64,000 nt of DNA from an uncultured Gemmatimonadales bacterium. Lineage in GTDB: Bacteria > Gemmatimonadota > Gemmatimonadetes > Gemmatimonadales > Gemmatimonadaceae. The notes beneath the pieces were generated by a model. That model was given only the letters and a program-made list of their open reading frames with translations, ran no database searches and was not told the DNA's origin. The position numbers and the translations under genes are program-made. This document shows positions 1-9,670 of the stretch, piece after piece. The DNA lies in contig CAWBZV010000012.1 in NCBI GenBank assembly GCA_963793305.1, forward strand, positions 224,001 through 288,000. The letters are read 5' to 3'. How positions within the stretch are numbered: position 1 is the stretch's first letter; the number at the start of each line of letters is the position of its first letter.

Positions 1-292
1 ACGGCGAATCGGGATCAAGCGATTGCCGGATGAGCAGACACGCCTTCCGGTGCGGCTCCGGACTCGAGCCGACGAATTCCACTGTCGCCTCGAGCGAGAC
101 GTTGCCAGAGACTTTGATCCAGACGTAGTGAAAGTGGTCGGCGGTGCCCCACATATTTTCACCGCCGCCGGTGACCGTGTAGGTTCCGGTCGCGGCATCG
201 TATCTGACCGACCCCGGGCCGATCGTCGACGGCTTGCCGACATCGCCGTGATTCGCAAAGATGCCGACACTCAACATCACGAGGAGATGCAT
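1..292 (-). CDS. Secreted protein, N-terminal part (runs off the window); resembles the N-terminal beta-sandwich of TolB/PD40-type proteins
   Basis: Not in the ORF track. My translation from ATG 292 is MHLLVMLSVGIFANHGDVGKPSTIGPGSVRYDAATGTYTVTGGGENMWGTADHFHYVWIKVSGNVSLEATVEFVGSSPEPHRKACLLIRQSLDPDSP, with no stop. TAAGAT lies 6 nt before the ATG. Confidence 0.75.
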   Translation of the reverse strand, partial: MHLLVMLSVGIFANHGDVGKPSTIGPGSVRYDAATGTYTVTGGGENMWGTADHFHYVWIKVSGNVSLEATVEFVGSSPEPHRKACLLIRQSLDPDSP

Positions 293-647
293 GCTGTCAT
301 CTTACACGCGTTTGGCGCTCGCCGCGACGGCAGTTGTGTTTTCGCAACCGGGCACGACGCAACGGGTCCCGCAATTCGAGAACGACCAGGTAAAGGTCTG
401 GCGGTCGACGGTCATGCCGAACGCGCCGCTCCCGTTACATCGTCACGAGCATCCGCGCGTGATCATTGCGTTGACCGGTGGGACGATGAACATCGTCATT
501 CAAGGCGGCAAGACCGAGACTCATCAGTGGGAGACCGGAAAGGCCTATTGGCTTCCGGCGAATCCACCAGGCGAGATGCACACGGATGTCAACGCCGGTG
601 ACAAGCCCATCGAGGTCATGGTCGTCGAGCTCAAAACCGCGCGCTGA
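291..647 (+). CDS. Cupin-domain protein, probably exported
   Basis: PLHRHEHPRVIIAL and WLPANPPGEMHTDVN cupin motifs; GAGGAG at 281-286; start uncertain. Confidence 0.75.
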   Translation: MLSSYTRLALAATAVVFSQPGTTQRVPQFENDQVKVWRSTVMPNAPLPLHRHEHPRVIIALTGGTMNIVIQGGKTETHQWETGKAYWLPANPPGEMHTDVNAGDKPIEVMVVELKTAR

Positions 648-709
648 GCTTGTCTCACGCGATGTGCATTGGGTAGCTTCGCCGTCCTCTCTCCAGCACA
701 GGTGGGACG

Positions 710-1552
710 ATGAGTCACATGATGAAGATGCAGGACGGCACCCACATTTATTACAAAGATTGGGGCCAGGGACAGCCGGTCGTCTTTAGCCACGGCTGGC
801 CGCTCAACGCCGACGCGTGGGAAGACCAGATGAACTTCCTGGCGTCACACGGCTTCCGGTGTATCGCCCACGATCGCCGGGGCCACGGCCGGTCGTCGCA
901 GCCGTTTACCGGCAACGACATGGATACGTACGCCGACGACCTGAACACGGTCGTGCATGAGCTCGATCTGCACGACTGTATTCATGTCGGGCACTCGACC
1001 GGCGGCGGCGAGGTCGCCCGTTACATCGCGCGTCACGGCACCAACCGGGTCGCGAAGGCTGTGCTCGTCAGCTCGGTGCCGCCGCTCCTCGTCAAGACGC
1101 CTGACAATCCCAATGGCGTGCCGATTGAGGCCTTCGATCAGCTCCGCAACGCCATGATAACCGACCGTTCCCAGTTCTGGATCGATTACGCCGACACTTT
1201 CTACGGCGGCAATCGGCCGGGCTCCAAGGTCTCACAGGGCGTCAAGGACACGTTCTGGATGCAGGGCATGCTGGCCAGCCTGCCGGCGGTCTATCAGTGC
1301 ATCAAAGCGTTCTCGGAGACCGACCAGCACGAAGATCTCGAGAAGTTCGACGTGCCGACGTTGATCATCCAGGGCGACGACGATCAGGTCGTCCCGCCCG
1401 CGCTCGCCAGCAAAATCCAGGCAGAGATGATCAAAGGCGCCGTGCTCAAGATCTATAAGGGCGCGCCGCACGGGTTGCCGACCACGCACAAAGACATGCT
1501 GAACGCCGATCTCCTGGCGTTCATCGAACAGCCGGCAATGGCGGGAGTCTGA
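710..1552 (+). CDS. cpo: Non-heme chloroperoxidase/perhydrolase (alpha/beta hydrolase)
   Basis: [27 protein letters not shown] nucleophile, [13 protein letters not shown]. Confidence 0.92.
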   Translation: MSHMMKMQDGTHIYYKDWGQGQPVVFSHGWPLNADAWEDQMNFLASHGFRCIAHDRRGHGRSSQPFTGNDMDTYADDLNTVVHELDLHDCIHVGHSTGGGEVARYIARHGTNRVAKAVLVSSVPPLLVKTPDNPNGVPIEAFDQLRNAMITDRSQFWIDYADTFYGGNRPGSKVSQGVKDTFWMQGMLASLPAVYQCIKAFSETDQHEDLEKFDVPTLIIQGDDDQVVPPALASKIQAEMIKGAVLKIYKGAPHGLPTTHKDMLNADLLAFIEQPAMAGV

Positions 1553-1556
1553 CGAG

Positions 1557-1997
1557 CTAGGAGCCGTACCCTCGCGCCATCGCCGTAGCGGCAAGCACCA
1601 TGAGCACAACCAGGCCAGCTTGCACCCGACTGATCAGCGCGAAACGCGGGGCCAGATGCGTGTCCGGTTGCTCGCCACGAGCAACCTGGACACGCCAGCG
1701 GATGAGCGTGATCATGGGTGCGATTTCCAGCGCGAGAATGATGATCAGCAGCGTCATCTTCGCGCGAAAGAACGTATTGTGCAGATAGTACGCGCTGCCT
1801 TTCTCTAGTCCACCGAACGCGCGCATGAGCCCCGTTCCGATCCACAGGATCGCGGCGATCCCCCACCAGGTATCCGCATAAAAGGCCCGGCGAAGATCGG
1901 GAGGACTCGCGCCGAGCATCTGACCGCGTGCCCATACCGCGCCGAGGCCTAGCCCGAGCGCGAGGAGATGGATGGCGGCAAAGGCCCAGCGAGTCAT
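1557..1997 (-). CDS. DUF2214-like membrane protein
   Basis: Four hydrophobic segments; EKGSAYYLHN..F.AKM and C-terminal MARGYG. Confidence 0.8.
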   Translation of the reverse strand: MTRWAFAAIHLLALGLGLGAVWARGQMLGASPPDLRRAFYADTWWGIAAILWIGTGLMRAFGGLEKGSAYYLHNTFFRAKMTLLIIILALEIAPMITLIRWRVQVARGEQPDTHLAPRFALISRVQAGLVVLMVLAATAMARGYGS

Positions 1998-2764
1998 TGG
2001 GCGCCCTTCGCGAGAGCATCCGGGGCGCCCAGAACCGCGGCGAGCTCTGTCGGCAGGTTATGCCGCGCTTGGAGATACGCGGGCGCGTTGTAGGAGATCG
2101 AGACCTTGCCGTTCGCGTCCTCGGCAACGAGTAGCTTCATCGGCAGGTCGAGCGCGATGCTCGGGCTGGCGATCATGAGCGGCGTGCCGCCCTTGGGATT
2201 GCCAAAGATCAGCAACTTGGTGTTGGGCATCTTGAGCCCAGCCGCTTGTGCCTCGCCGCTGTGGTCGACCAGCGCGAAGAGCTTGATGCCTTTGGCTTGC
2301 AGCTCACGCTGGATGGTCGCGACGGTCTCGTCGACCGAATGCTGGCTTGGCAGCGTCACGATGCCATTGTCCGCGCTCATGTGTGCCTGTTCCCCGTTGG
2401 CGTGACTGAAGAAGAGCAACCCGACAACCATAGCGAATCCCAGCGCGGCGAGCAGCGCGGCCAGGCCGACGCCGAGGCGCGAGGCGCGGCCGAGGTCCGT
2501 GCCGCCCTGCTTCAACTCCCGCACCAGCCGCAGATAATTCCACGCACAGCCGATGTTGACGACCACGCCGAGGGCAACGAGCGCCGTACCGAACGGGACG
2601 GACAAGCCGTAGTTCTGGTCGCTCAGGTGGCCCGCGCCGGCGAGCGCTTGAATGTAGATCCCGAAGCGGGCGACCACGAAGCCGAAGCCCATGAGCGCGA
2701 GCCCCGTGCGAATCCAGGCCAGAAAAGTTCGCTCGGCTGCCAGGTAATCGCTCGGACCACTCAT
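1994..2764 (-). CDS. YidH/DUF202 membrane domain fused to a DUF302 domain
   Basis: N-terminal LAAERTFLAWIRTGLALMGFGF (DUF202); C-terminal SVDETV..FALVDHSGEA..LIFGNPKGGTPLM..ALDLP (DUF302). Confidence 0.85.
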   Translation of the reverse strand: MSGPSDYLAAERTFLAWIRTGLALMGFGFVVARFGIYIQALAGAGHLSDQNYGLSVPFGTALVALGVVVNIGCAWNYLRLVRELKQGGTDLGRASRLGVGLAALLAALGFAMVVGLLFFSHANGEQAHMSADNGIVTLPSQHSVDETVATIQRELQAKGIKLFALVDHSGEAQAAGLKMPNTKLLIFGNPKGGTPLMIASPSIALDLPMKLLVAEDANGKVSISYNAPAYLQARHNLPTELAAVLGAPDALAKGAQ

Positions 2765-3426
2765 CGGCCACCTCGGGCTACGCCAGTGATGGTCACGATT
2801 GTATCCGGGTCCCGCAGGTCGCGTCCACTGATGCGTAACGGCACGTCAGCCCCCTCAAATGGATCGGGCGTCACAAGCAGGTGTTGGCCGTAGAGTGCGA
2901 CCGCATAGTCAAACTCGCGAACCCGCATGTCGGTGCAAGTACAAAAAGTCAGCGACGCCAGATCGCCGATTCGCAAGAATGCATAGTCCCGCCAGAGCTC
3001 GAGCATCGATGCTTGGGCCGCCGCGAGATGTCGATCGCGCAACGCCTCCATCTCGGGAAAGAACGACGCCCATTCGGGATCCGCCCGATAACGCGAATAC
3101 ACGTACGCGGCGTGATGCGCGACGAGGGCGGCACAGTATGGGTTGGCGGCGAGACGAGCAATGGCGCGCGGCCAGACGCCACGTTTGATGTCGCCAGACA
3201 CTGTCATGAAATCGAGAACGGCGCCAGTGCCGGGATCGATGCGAAGCTCGGCGTCGATCTCACGCCACCCGTTGTCATGCTCAGCGACCGCCAGCAGGAT
3301 GTCGTCGCGCCGAGGCGAGGTCGGCAGACCATTGGCGCGCCAGGATCGCATGATCTGGGCGGCCAACGCGGCGTGGTCGGGCTGCGTGATGGCCACACGC
3401 GTCGACCCGTTAGGCCGAAGAATCAT
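2761..3426 (-). CDS. DUF3891-like protein
   Basis: ITQPDHAALA, AEHDNGW, D.ASL..C motifs; start re-called at ATG 3426 with TATATT 6 nt upstream. Confidence 0.75.
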   Translation of the reverse strand: MILRPNGSTRVAITQPDHAALAAQIMRSWRANGLPTSPRRDDILLAVAEHDNGWREIDAELRIDPGTGAVLDFMTVSGDIKRGVWPRAIARLAANPYCAALVAHHAAYVYSRYRADPEWASFFPEMEALRDRHLAAAQASMLELWRDYAFLRIGDLASLTFCTCTDMRVREFDYAVALYGQHLLVTPDPFEGADVPLRISGRDLRDPDTIVTITGVARGGR

Positions 3427-3445
3427 GGCCGGAATATAGCAACGC

Positions 3446-3474
3446 TTGACTTGTTGTCGCCTGTCGACAACAAT
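3446..3474 (+). promoter_or_regulatory. Sigma70-like promoter with palindromic operator (likely PadR autoregulation)
   Basis: TTGACT-17 nt-AACAAT; perfect 9-bp inverted repeat TTGTTGTCG-N5-CGACAACAA at 3451-3473. Confidence 0.65.
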
Positions 3475-3480
3475 AGGGGC

Positions 3481-3804
3481 ATGAGCCCTGACGATCGCCT
3501 GCAAGGCACCCTGGACCTGCTCGTCCTCCGTACGCTGGCCGACGCGCCGCTCCACGGCTGGGCGATATCGCGGCGTATCCGCGAGCGCTCCGGCGACGTG
3601 CTCCAGGTCAACCAAGGGTCGCTCTACCCCGCGCTCCATCGCCTGGAGAGCGAGGGCTGGCTCGCGTCGGAGTGGTCGGTCGTCGGAGGCCGGAGAGCGA
3701 AAGTGTATCGGCTGACCACGCAAGGACGGCGCGCATCCGAGCGGGAGGAGCGCGGCTGGCTCGCGTTCGTCGCCGCTGTCTCACAGGTGCTCAGTCCCGC
3801 ATGA
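3481..3804 (+). CDS. PadR-family transcriptional regulator
   Basis: LQGTLDLLVLRTL, HGWAISRRI, GSLYPALHRLE, RRAKVYRLT; stop overlaps the next ATG (ATGA). Confidence 0.92.
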   Translation: MSPDDRLQGTLDLLVLRTLADAPLHGWAISRRIRERSGDVLQVNQGSLYPALHRLESEGWLASEWSVVGGRRAKVYRLTTQGRRASEREERGWLAFVAAVSQVLSPA

Positions 3805-6365
3805 CAAAGATCCTGCAGCGCATCCGCGCAATTCTCTTCCGCCGCGCCGCCGAGCGCGACCTCGATGACGAGATCGGATTGCACTTGGCGCTGGAGGCCG
3901 AGCAGCTCGAGCAGCAGGGGCTCGACGCGCGCACCGCCGCCGCCACGGCCCGTCGCCGATTCGGACGGATCGACGGCGTGAAAGACGCGCTGCGCGGCCT
4001 CCGCGGAGTCGAGCCGATCGAGGACTTCCGCCGCGATCTGGTGTTCGCCGCACGGGCGTTACGACGGCGGCCTGGATTTGCCGCCGTCGTCGTGCTGACG
4101 CTCGTCATCGGTCTCACGAGCGCGACGACCATGTTCGCCGTCGTGTACGGCGTGTTGTGGGCGCCGCTTCCCTACGCCGATGCCGACCGCCTCGTGACGG
4201 TGTGGCAGACCGATATCCCCCACGGCATCGATCGCGCCCCGGTGTCGCTGCCAAATTTCCTCGACTGGCAGACCCGCAGCCACGCATTCAGCGCGTTGGC
4301 CGTCGCCGAACCGTTCGGCGTGCGCTACGCGGCGCCGGAAGGCCCGGAGCGATTCGCCGCCTGGCGCGTCACGCAAGGATTTTTCGAGGCGCTGCGCGCC
4401 ACGCCGTTGCTCGGGCGGACGTTCACGCCCGAAGAGTACGTGCGCGGCCGCGACGCGGAGGTCGTGCTCGACTACGATCTCTGGCACACGCGGTTCAATG
4501 CCGACTCGAGCCTCGTCGGCAAAACGCTGAAGCTGAACGACCGACCTGTCCTCGTGGTCGGCGTCATGCCACCAGGCGTTCGCTTTCCGCCGGGTTCTGG
4601 CCTCTGGATCCCGAAGATCCCGGATCCGAGCGAGCTGTTGCAGCGCAATGCCGCTTACCTTTTATGCATAGGCCGGCTCGCGCCGGGCGTGACGCTGGAT
4701 CAGGCGCGTGGCGATATGCGCCGCATCGCGGCCGCGCTGGCACAAGAGTATCCCAGTGTCGACCACGATGTCAGCGTCTCGCTGGTACCGGTGCGCGATC
4801 AGATCGTCGGCCACGTGCGAGGCCGGCTGCTGCTCCTCTTCGCGTCGGTCGGTCTGTTACTGCTGCTCACGGGCACGAACCTCACCACCTTGCTGCTCGC
4901 GCGCGCCGTGGAGCGCGAGGGCGAGGTCTCCATCCGTGTCGCGCTCGGCGCCGGGCGCTTCCGCATCGCGCGTCAGGTTCTGGTCGAGCACAGTGTGCTC
5001 TTTGGGGTCGGCTTGCTGTTCAGTATCGTCTTGACGTATTTCGCCCTCGGCTGGGCCCGCTCGCTCGGCGCTGGCCTGTTGCCGCGCGCGGATCAGCTGC
5101 ATCTCGGACTGCCGGTCGTGCTCTTCGCCGTTGCGATCATTGTCGCGCTGGCGTTCATGCCAACGCGAAGCCCGCGAAAGGGGCGGCGCGTCCATCGGGT
5201 CCTCGTCGTGAGCGAGGTCGCGCTGGCGCTGGTGCTCGTCGTCGGCGCGGGGCTCTTCGTGAAAAGCGTCCGCGCCCTCCTCGCGGTCGATCCCGGGTTC
5301 GCGCCCACGAACATCCTGGCCGCCATGTTTCAGACCGAGCACCTGTTCCCGGCGGATACGGCGCGCGTGGCGTTCCTCCGTACCCTCGAGGATCGCGTGG
5401 CAACGATCCCCGGCGTGCGGCACGTCGGCATCACCTCGCTCTTGCCATTCGCCGGCCCGATTGCCACCAATCACGCCGAGTTCGAGATCAAGGGGCGACC
5501 CGTTGGATCGGCGCGGGAGCGGCCCAGCGTCCTCGCCGCGGCGACGACGCCCGGGTATTTCGCCACACTGAACATCCCACTGCACCGTGGCCGGGCATTC
5601 GTCGCGACGGACGACGCCGCGCACCCTCCGGTCGCCATCGTGAGCGCCGCGTTCGCGCGCGAGTATTTCGGCACCGCCGACCCCATCGGGCAGCGGCTCG
5701 TGGTCTCATTCGACAGCAATCCCATCGAGCGGGAGATTGTTGGCGTCGTCGGCGATGTCCACGATGCGGGTCTCGACGAGCCGCCCAAGCCGGAGTTGTA
5801 CACGCCCTACGCCCAGTCGCCGATCGGCGGGGTCGAGCTCGTCGTGCAAACCGCCATCCCTCCAGGCGCCGTGCTCGGTTCCGTGCGTCGCGAGCTGGCG
5901 GCGGTGAACGCGTCCCAGCCTATCGCCTCGTCGGCCACGCTTGACGAGCTCCTCGCCACGTCCACGCGTCCGTCGCGGGTGGTCCTCACCGTGCTCGGCG
6001 TGTTCGCGGCGATTGCGTTGACGCTCGCCGGCGTGGGTATCTTCGGCATCATGAGCCACGTGACCCGCACGCGCACCCGAGAGGTGTCCATTCGGCTGGC
6101 ACTCGGCGCCACGTCGCATGGCATTCGGCGCCTCATCCTCGGCGAAGCTATCGCGCTCGCCGGAATCGGCTCTGGTATCGGCCTCATCGTTGCGCTCATC
6201 TCAGGGCGCTCGATTCGCGCGCTCCTCTACGCGGTGTCACCGATCGACCCCGTGACGCTCGCCATCGGTATCACGCTTCTGCTCGCCGTGGCAAGCCTCG
6301 CCGCGTACATCCCGGCTCGTCGCGCCGGGAGCGTCGACGCCGTGCGCGCGCTGCGAGAAAATTGA
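3801..6365 (+). CDS. ADOP-type duplicated ABC permease (MacB/FtsX-like)
   Basis: DLDDEI..HL prefix, two periplasmic/FtsX repeats, RTREVSIRLALGA, C-terminal ALRE. Confidence 0.9.
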   Translation: MTKILQRIRAILFRRAAERDLDDEIGLHLALEAEQLEQQGLDARTAAATARRRFGRIDGVKDALRGLRGVEPIEDFRRDLVFAARALRRRPGFAAVVVLTLVIGLTSATTMFAVVYGVLWAPLPYADADRLVTVWQTDIPHGIDRAPVSLPNFLDWQTRSHAFSALAVAEPFGVRYAAPEGPERFAAWRVTQGFFEALRATPLLGRTFTPEEYVRGRDAEVVLDYDLWHTRFNADSSLVGKTLKLNDRPVLVVGVMPPGVRFPPGSGLWIPKIPDPSELLQRNAAYLLCIGRLAPGVTLDQARGDMRRIAAALAQEYPSVDHDVSVSLVPVRDQIVGHVRGRLLLLFASVGLLLLLTGTNLTTLLLARAVEREGEVSIRVALGAGRFRIARQVLVEHSVLFGVGLLFSIVLTYFALGWARSLGAGLLPRADQLHLGLPVVLFAVAIIVALAFMPTRSPRKGRRVHRVLVVSEVALALVLVVGAGLFVKSVRALLAVDPGFAPTNILAAMFQTEHLFPADTARVAFLRTLEDRVATIPGVRHVGITSLLPFAGPIATNHAEFEIKGRPVGSARERPSVLAAATTPGYFATLNIPLHRGRAFVATDDAAHPPVAIVSAAFAREYFGTADPIGQRLVVSFDSNPIEREIVGVVGDVHDAGLDEPPKPELYTPYAQSPIGGVELVVQTAIPPGAVLGSVRRELAAVNASQPIASSATLDELLATSTRPSRVVLTVLGVFAAIALTLAGVGIFGIMSHVTRTRTREVSIRLALGATSHGIRRLILGEAIALAGIGSGIGLIVALISGRSIRALLYAVSPIDPVTLAIGITLLLAVASLAAYIPARRAGSVDAVRALREN

Positions 6366-6443
6366 AAAGATTGAAGTCCGAATACGACAAGCACGCGTCG
6401 CCGCGGACGTCCATTAATGGCGCTTCCCTAACAGGAGCGCGAC

Positions 6444-7616
6444 ATGTACCGAACGTGGTCCGTACTGGCGGTCGCCACGCTCGTCGGCTGTAGCAGCAGT
6501 CACGACGCCACCACGACGGCCCCAACACTACGCGCCGATCGTGAGCCCTCGGCCCCGCAATACAACATCGTCACCGTGCCGATGTCCTCCAGCAACGCGA
6601 TCAACAACGAGGGCGCGGTCGCCGGATTCATTCAGGCGAACAACATCCAGACGGCGACGTTCTTTCACGATGGCGTCGTCACATCACTCGGCACGCTCGG
6701 CGGTCCAAACAGCCAGGTGGGGTGGCCGGGGCTCAATGACGACAACACGGTCGTGGGCTTTGCCGAAACGGCCGAGTTGTCGCCACTTGGCGAGCACTGG
6801 AGCTGCTCGGCGTTCTTCCCGACGATCACGGGCCACATCTGCCGTGGTTTCGCCTGGCGCAACGGTAGGATGACGGCCATGCCGACGCTCGGCGGCGATA
6901 ACAGCTTCGGCACCGAGGTGAACAATCGTGGACACGTCGTCGGCTGGGCCGAGACCGCTGTCCACGATCCGACATGCCACGCGCCGCAAGTACTCGGATT
7001 CCGCGCCGTCGTCTGGCATCCCGAGAGCGGCCGAATTCACGAGCTGCGTCCGCTCCCTGGCGATTCGGCCAGCTCGGCGACGGCAATCAACGACCGCGAC
7101 CAGGTCGTCGGCATCTCCGGCGCGTGCGACACCGCTGTCGGTGGAATCAGCGCTCGCCGCGCGGTCATGTGGGATCACGGTCGGGTGATCGACATCGGCG
7201 GCTTGGGTGGCAGCGCATGGAATACCGCTATGGCGCTCAACAATGACGGCGTTGTCGTCGGGTTTGCCGACTTGACCGGCGACCAGAACGGCGCGGCGCC
7301 GAACTTTCACGCCTTCGTCTGGACGCGAGACGACGGGATCACGGACCTGAAGACGCTCTCGGGTGACGCGCTATCAGAAGCGCTCGACGTCAACAATCGC
7401 GGCCAGATAGTGGGCATCTCGATCGGCGCGACGGCTCGGGCGTTTTTGTATCAGGACCACCACATGATCAACCTGCAAGATCTCATGCCGAAGGGCTATC
7501 CGAATCTCCTGCAGAGCGCGCAGGGCATCAACGACGAGGGCCAGATCACGGGTTTCTTAGTCGTACCGAGCACGGGCGAACAGCTCGCGTTTATCGCGAC
7601 GCCGTCACACCGGTAA
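6444..7616 (+). CDS. Lipoprotein with HAF extracellular repeats
   Basis: Lipobox LVGC; repeated LGTLGG..S.A.AINN.G.VVG and FHAFVW units. Confidence 0.85.
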   Translation: MYRTWSVLAVATLVGCSSSHDATTTAPTLRADREPSAPQYNIVTVPMSSSNAINNEGAVAGFIQANNIQTATFFHDGVVTSLGTLGGPNSQVGWPGLNDDNTVVGFAETAELSPLGEHWSCSAFFPTITGHICRGFAWRNGRMTAMPTLGGDNSFGTEVNNRGHVVGWAETAVHDPTCHAPQVLGFRAVVWHPESGRIHELRPLPGDSASSATAINDRDQVVGISGACDTAVGGISARRAVMWDHGRVIDIGGLGGSAWNTAMALNNDGVVVGFADLTGDQNGAAPNFHAFVWTRDDGITDLKTLSGDALSEALDVNNRGQIVGISIGATARAFLYQDHHMINLQDLMPKGYPNLLQSAQGINDEGQITGFLVVPSTGEQLAFIATPSHR

Positions 7617-9629
7617 GAACGTCTTGAGCTCCTCCACGAGCGTCGTCGCCGGATTGCCGTTCTTGGCGACGACGCCTTGGGCGGACGCGCGCAGCCGGGT
7701 GAACTCGTCGACGCTCAAATCTTTCGCCGTCCAGACAATGACGGGAATGCGCCGGCATCGGGGCAGTTGCCGGAACTGTTCGAGGAACTGAAATCCGTCC
7801 ATCTCGGGCATCATGAGATCGAGCACGACCGCGTCCGGCGGGTGCTCGCGCGCGCGCTCCAGCCCGATCGCTCCGCTCGCCACGCAGTTGGCGACGTAGC
7901 CGAGCTGCCCGAGCGTCGCGGCCATGAGTTGTCGGGAGCCGGGGTCATCATCGACGACCAGCACGTTGCTGCCCACCGAGCCCACCCCGGCCCGTTCCAG
8001 CGAGCCGACGAGCGCCGATGGATCGAATGGTTTGGTGAGGAAGTCGTGGACCGCGAATCCCGCGACGGCGCCGTGCACGGCGACGACGGTGATCACGATG
8101 ATCGGCACGTCGCGATTGGCGACCTCCGATCGAATCGCCCGGAGCACATCGAGCCCATTCATGTCGGGCAGCAAGAGGTCGAGCGTGATCGCGTCGAACG
8201 TCTGCTGTCGCGCCTTGGCGAGCGCTTGCGCGCCGGTGGCCGCGGTTTCGACGGCGTACCCGGCCTTGGTCAGCGTGTCGACGAGCACGCCTTGGTCATT
8301 CGCGTCGTCCTCGACGACGAGGATTTTTCGCGCGACGGCGGTCGGCCCCGGAATCGAGAGTGCCGTGGCGCTGCTCGGAATGCCCTTGCTGTGACGCGGC
8401 AGCACGGCGTAGAAGGTCGTCCCGCGACCGAGCGTGCTCCGGACGCCAACCTCGCCGCCCTGGGCCTCGACGAGTCGCTTCGTGAGCGCGAGCCCGAGTC
8501 CCGTGCCAGGTTGTCGTCTGCCTTTGGTCTCGAGCTGCTCGAACCTCGTGAAGAGCCGGCCGACAAGCTCGTCGGGAATACCCGGCCCCGTGTCTTCGAC
8601 CTCCGTTTTGAACTCAGCACCCTGATCGAGTACCCGGATGGTGATCCGGCCGCCCTCCGGCGTGAACTTGAGCGCGTTCGACAAGTAATTGTAGAGCACC
8701 TGCTTGAACCGCCCGGCATCGAGCACGACGTCGGTGACGCGGGGATCGACGTGCGTCTCGACGCTCAAGTGCTTGGTCTCGATCGTGGTGCGCAGGATCC
8801 CGAGGACCTCGGCGATCAACGCCGACAGATCGACGGGCTCGACATGGAACTCCATTTTGCCGGCTTCGACCTTCGACAGATCGAGCACGTCGTTAATGAG
8901 CTGCAGCAGATGCCGGGCGCTGGTGAGCACGTCGCCCAAGTACTCCTTATGCTCGGGCGTCGCGGGATCGACCTTGCCGTCGTAGAGGATCTGCGTAAAT
9001 CCGATGATGGCGTTGAGCGGCGTCCGAAGCTCGTGCGACATCGCGGCCAAAAATTCGCTTTTGAGCCGCGTCGCTTCCTCGACGCGAATCTTCTCGACAT
9101 CCGCCAACCGCAGCTCTTCGACCAACGTCTCGGCCGCGAGCCGCGCTTCGTTCGCATCGGCCACGGCGCTGGCGCTCTCCATCGCATACCGCGCCACGAT
9201 CGCATTGACCAGGATGGCGAATACAGCGGCAATCGCGCCGCCGAGCACGACCACCCAGAGCGTGATGGCCCGCCACCGGGCGACGTCCGCCTCCCGCTCG
9301 CCTAAGAGCCGGCGCTCTTCCGTGTCGATGGCCGTGAGGATGGCGCGTGCGGAGTCCGGCGACGGCCGGGCCGCCAGCGCGTCCAGATTCCGCTGCTGCG
9401 CGATGTTGTCCGCCGTGAGCGGGCGCAGCGCCGCAAGCGCCGGCCCCGGGTCGGCGCCGGCATTGACGGCGGCGAGGGCGCGGGCCGCTGTCTCCCTCAC
9501 CTCGATCGTGTGGGCGACCCACCGATCGGCGTCCGCGGATTGCCGAACGTCCGCGACGGTCACAATGCCGACCGCGACAATGACCGCGGCCGGTCCGAAG
9601 ACAGCGGCTAAACGATAACGCCGGACCAC
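7605..9629 (-). CDS. Membrane hybrid histidine kinase (short CHASE3-like sensor, HisKA, HATPase, two receiver domains)
   Basis: SHELRTPLNAIIGF, NALKFT, DTGPG, GTGLGL; two REC domains (LDLLLPDM, LDLMMPEM). Confidence 0.92.
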   Translation of the reverse strand: MVRRYRLAAVFGPAAVIVAVGIVTVADVRQSADADRWVAHTIEVRETAARALAAVNAGADPGPALAALRPLTADNIAQQRNLDALAARPSPDSARAILTAIDTEERRLLGEREADVARWRAITLWVVVLGGAIAAVFAILVNAIVARYAMESASAVADANEARLAAETLVEELRLADVEKIRVEEATRLKSEFLAAMSHELRTPLNAIIGFTQILYDGKVDPATPEHKEYLGDVLTSARHLLQLINDVLDLSKVEAGKMEFHVEPVDLSALIAEVLGILRTTIETKHLSVETHVDPRVTDVVLDAGRFKQVLYNYLSNALKFTPEGGRITIRVLDQGAEFKTEVEDTGPGIPDELVGRLFTRFEQLETKGRRQPGTGLGLALTKRLVEAQGGEVGVRSTLGRGTTFYAVLPRHSKGIPSSATALSIPGPTAVARKILVVEDDANDQGVLVDTLTKAGYAVETAATGAQALAKARQQTFDAITLDLLLPDMNGLDVLRAIRSEVANRDVPIIVITVVAVHGAVAGFAVHDFLTKPFDPSALVGSLERAGVGSVGSNVLVVDDDPGSRQLMAATLGQLGYVANCVASGAIGLERAREHPPDAVVLDLMMPEMDGFQFLEQFRQLPRCRRIPVIVWTAKDLSVDEFTRLRASAQGVVAKNGNPATTLVEELKTFLPV

Positions 9630-9670
9630 GGACGGCGAGTTTACTCTAGGTCGCCCTCCGGATCAACAGT

